A stretch of DNA of 63,834 nt, counting the filler, from Lama guanicoe (taxonomy: Eukaryota), in the NCBI GenBank assembly GCA_013239625.1. It is 80 parts of 78 records of this genome, joined end to end, with 100 filler letters (N's around TTAATTAATTAA, not from the genome) between each part and the next. Parts side by side here need not be neighbours in the genome. Positions count along the whole stretch, not along the records: positions 62,226 to 62,964 come from PNXV01023029.1; positions 63,065 to 63,610 come from PNXV01023030.1; positions 63,711 to 63,834 come from MU056834.1; 77 more parts are not named here. The stretch is one strand, 5' to 3'. This document shows, one piece after another, positions 62,226-63,834 of this stretch. Below the pieces are notes generated by a model. It ran no database searches. It worked only from the letters and a program-made list of their open reading frames with translations, and was not told the DNA's origin. Positions within the stretch are counted from its first letter, which is position 1. The number at the start of each line of letters is the position of its first letter. A program made the translations under genes and the position numbers.

Positions 62226-62964
62226 AGCGGTTTACAGGAGAAACACTTACTCTGGGTTCTCAGTCTGTTTCCTGGTGCCAGTTGGATGTTCCTGCAGTTT
62301 TCACTGTAAAACAGAGTTGAAGCTTGTACCTCCTCATATATATTTATGTAGTGGGGTTTGCAACTGAAAAGTAACTTTGTGTTCCCACCATGCTAGTTGA
62401 AGGACGGCATTCACAAACACTTATATCTCAGAACTGAGCATGTGGCGAGATGTTCTTTCATCCAGCACAATGGGAGTGATATAATCACTCTGGTTTCTCA
62501 GACTGTTTCCTAGTGGTAGTCTGTTGTTCCTGCAGTTTTCATTCTGAAACCGAATTGGTGCTTGTACTTCCCCATATATATATATGTAGTGGAGGTTTAA
62601 AATGAAAAGAAACTTTGTGTTCCCTTAAACTGGTTGAAGGAAGGCTTTCTCACACACTTTCCTCTCAGAACTGAGCATGTAGTGAGACGTTCATTCATCT
62701 ATCACAAACGGAACGGTCTGCACGAGAAGGTCTTACTCTGGTTTCTCATTCTGTTTACTACTCCTGGTATGATGTTCCAGTAGTTTTCAATGTAATAACA
62801 GTTTGGAGCTTTTACCTCCCCTTATATATGCATGTAATGGGTTTTGCAACTTAAAAGAACCTTTGTGTTCCATTCAAGCTAGTTGAAGGAAAGCTTACAC
62901 TCTCACATAATTATGAGAACTGAGCATGTGGAGAGACGTTCGTTGATGAAGCCTTAAGGGAGCA
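62226..62964 (+). repeat. ~240-250-bp satellite, 3 diverged monomers (family D)
   Basis: ACTCTGG.TTCTCA at 62249, 62487, 62735; each unit carries TGAAAAG..ACTTTGTGTTCC and AGAACTGAGCATGT. Confidence 0.93.
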
Positions 62965-63349
62965 NNNNNNNNNNNNNNNNNNNNNNNNNNNNNNNNNNNN
63001 NNNNNNNNTTAATTAATTAANNNNNNNNNNNNNNNNNNNNNNNNNNNNNNNNNNNNNNNNNNNNAACAAACTAAGGCTTTATAACTTTCTCAAAAGTCAT
63101 TTCTAATTTAAATGTTCACTTTGTGGTACACTAAGTTACCTATTTGTGATCCAACAACTTTGCAACTACAGGAGGGCCTGTTGGATTAAATCTGAACTTT
63201 CTTGGCTGTTTATGCTTGTTGAATGTACTGTGTTTGAATTCCTAGCTTCCTCCTAAATATCTAGTTAAAATATAAACAATTTGTTTCTGAAGAAAATGTC
63301 ACAACTTCAGGAAATTTTATTCCAAACTGAATGCCTAGTATTCAGAAAG

Positions 63350-63550
63350 AAACCTGAAGATGCTTGAGCATGTTATAAGGTGCTTTACACGTGGAGTTTT
63401 ATTTCATTTTCAACCCCTAACCTATGAGAAGGTATAGTCACCACTAATATGCAAATGAAAAAAACCAAGACTGAAAATAATTGCATAACTTCCCCAAGGG
63501 TACGTACTTATGTCTGACCAACTCTGAAACTCTTCTTTCTATTCCAGCAG
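63350..63550. mobile_element. MIR SINE fragment
   Basis: ggtgctttacac...tttatttcatttt..caacc...ctatgag..ggta...atgaaaaaaaccaagactga...taacttccccaagg. Confidence 0.7.
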
Positions 63551-63834
63551 GATGCCTTCCATAATCAAAGCATGTCGTCATGTCCTCCATTTCAAGAGTT
63601 TAATGTTTCTNNNNNNNNNNNNNNNNNNNNNNNNNNNNNNNNNNNNNNNNNNNNTTAATTAATTAANNNNNNNNNNNNNNNNNNNNNNNNNNNNNNNNNN
63701 NNNNNNNNNNAATTAATTTTTGATATTAAAGCTAGCTTAAGCTGGTTGATATAATCAACACGGACATGTCTTTTATTGTACCTGAGTTTACCGAAGGTCA
63801 GTAGGTTTGTTTCTCTTGCAGAGTTTGTCAGAAA

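Noticed and set aside
62936..62956. CENP-B box-like TTCGTTG
   Set aside because: It lacks the required A and CGGG positions and is not conserved in the other two monomers.
706..63710. CRISPR-like array of identical TTAATTAATTAA repeats with unique spacers
   Set aside because: The repeats are flanked by exactly 44 Ns on each side, the intervening pieces are 0.1-1.5 kb of mammalian DNA, and there are no cas genes. It is an assembly linker.

Overview
This window is not a contiguous locus. It is an artificial concatenation of about 80 short (0.1-1.5 kb) unplaced scaffolds, joined by about 79 identical 100-bp linkers (44 N + TTAATTAATTAA + 44 N). The DNA is eutherian. Cetartiodactyl-type LINE-1 3' ends, with no ruminant, pig or cetacean SINEs recognised, point to a camelid (inference). 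The content is mostly heterochromatic repeat: an AT-rich heptamer satellite (AGAATAT variants, 13 scaffolds), a CpG-rich ~267-bp satellite (6 scaffolds), an older diverged relative of it (3 scaffolds), a ~240-250-bp satellite and a degenerate telomeric array. There are also many L1, LTR, MIR, L2 and DNA-transposon fragments. The only gene I can name is the 5' end of the intronless kinesin-13 gene KIF2B (45203-45381, minus strand). A few unidentified candidate exons and a CpG island are present. The most interesting signal is a multi-copy element made of extremely diverged L1 ORF1/endonuclease sequence whose copies are nearly identical to each other, possibly an L1-derived macrosatellite. No multi-gene system, CRISPR array or RNA gene is supported, and adjacency across linkers has no biological meaning. 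Repeat-family names and percent identities are from recall and by-eye alignment, not from searches.
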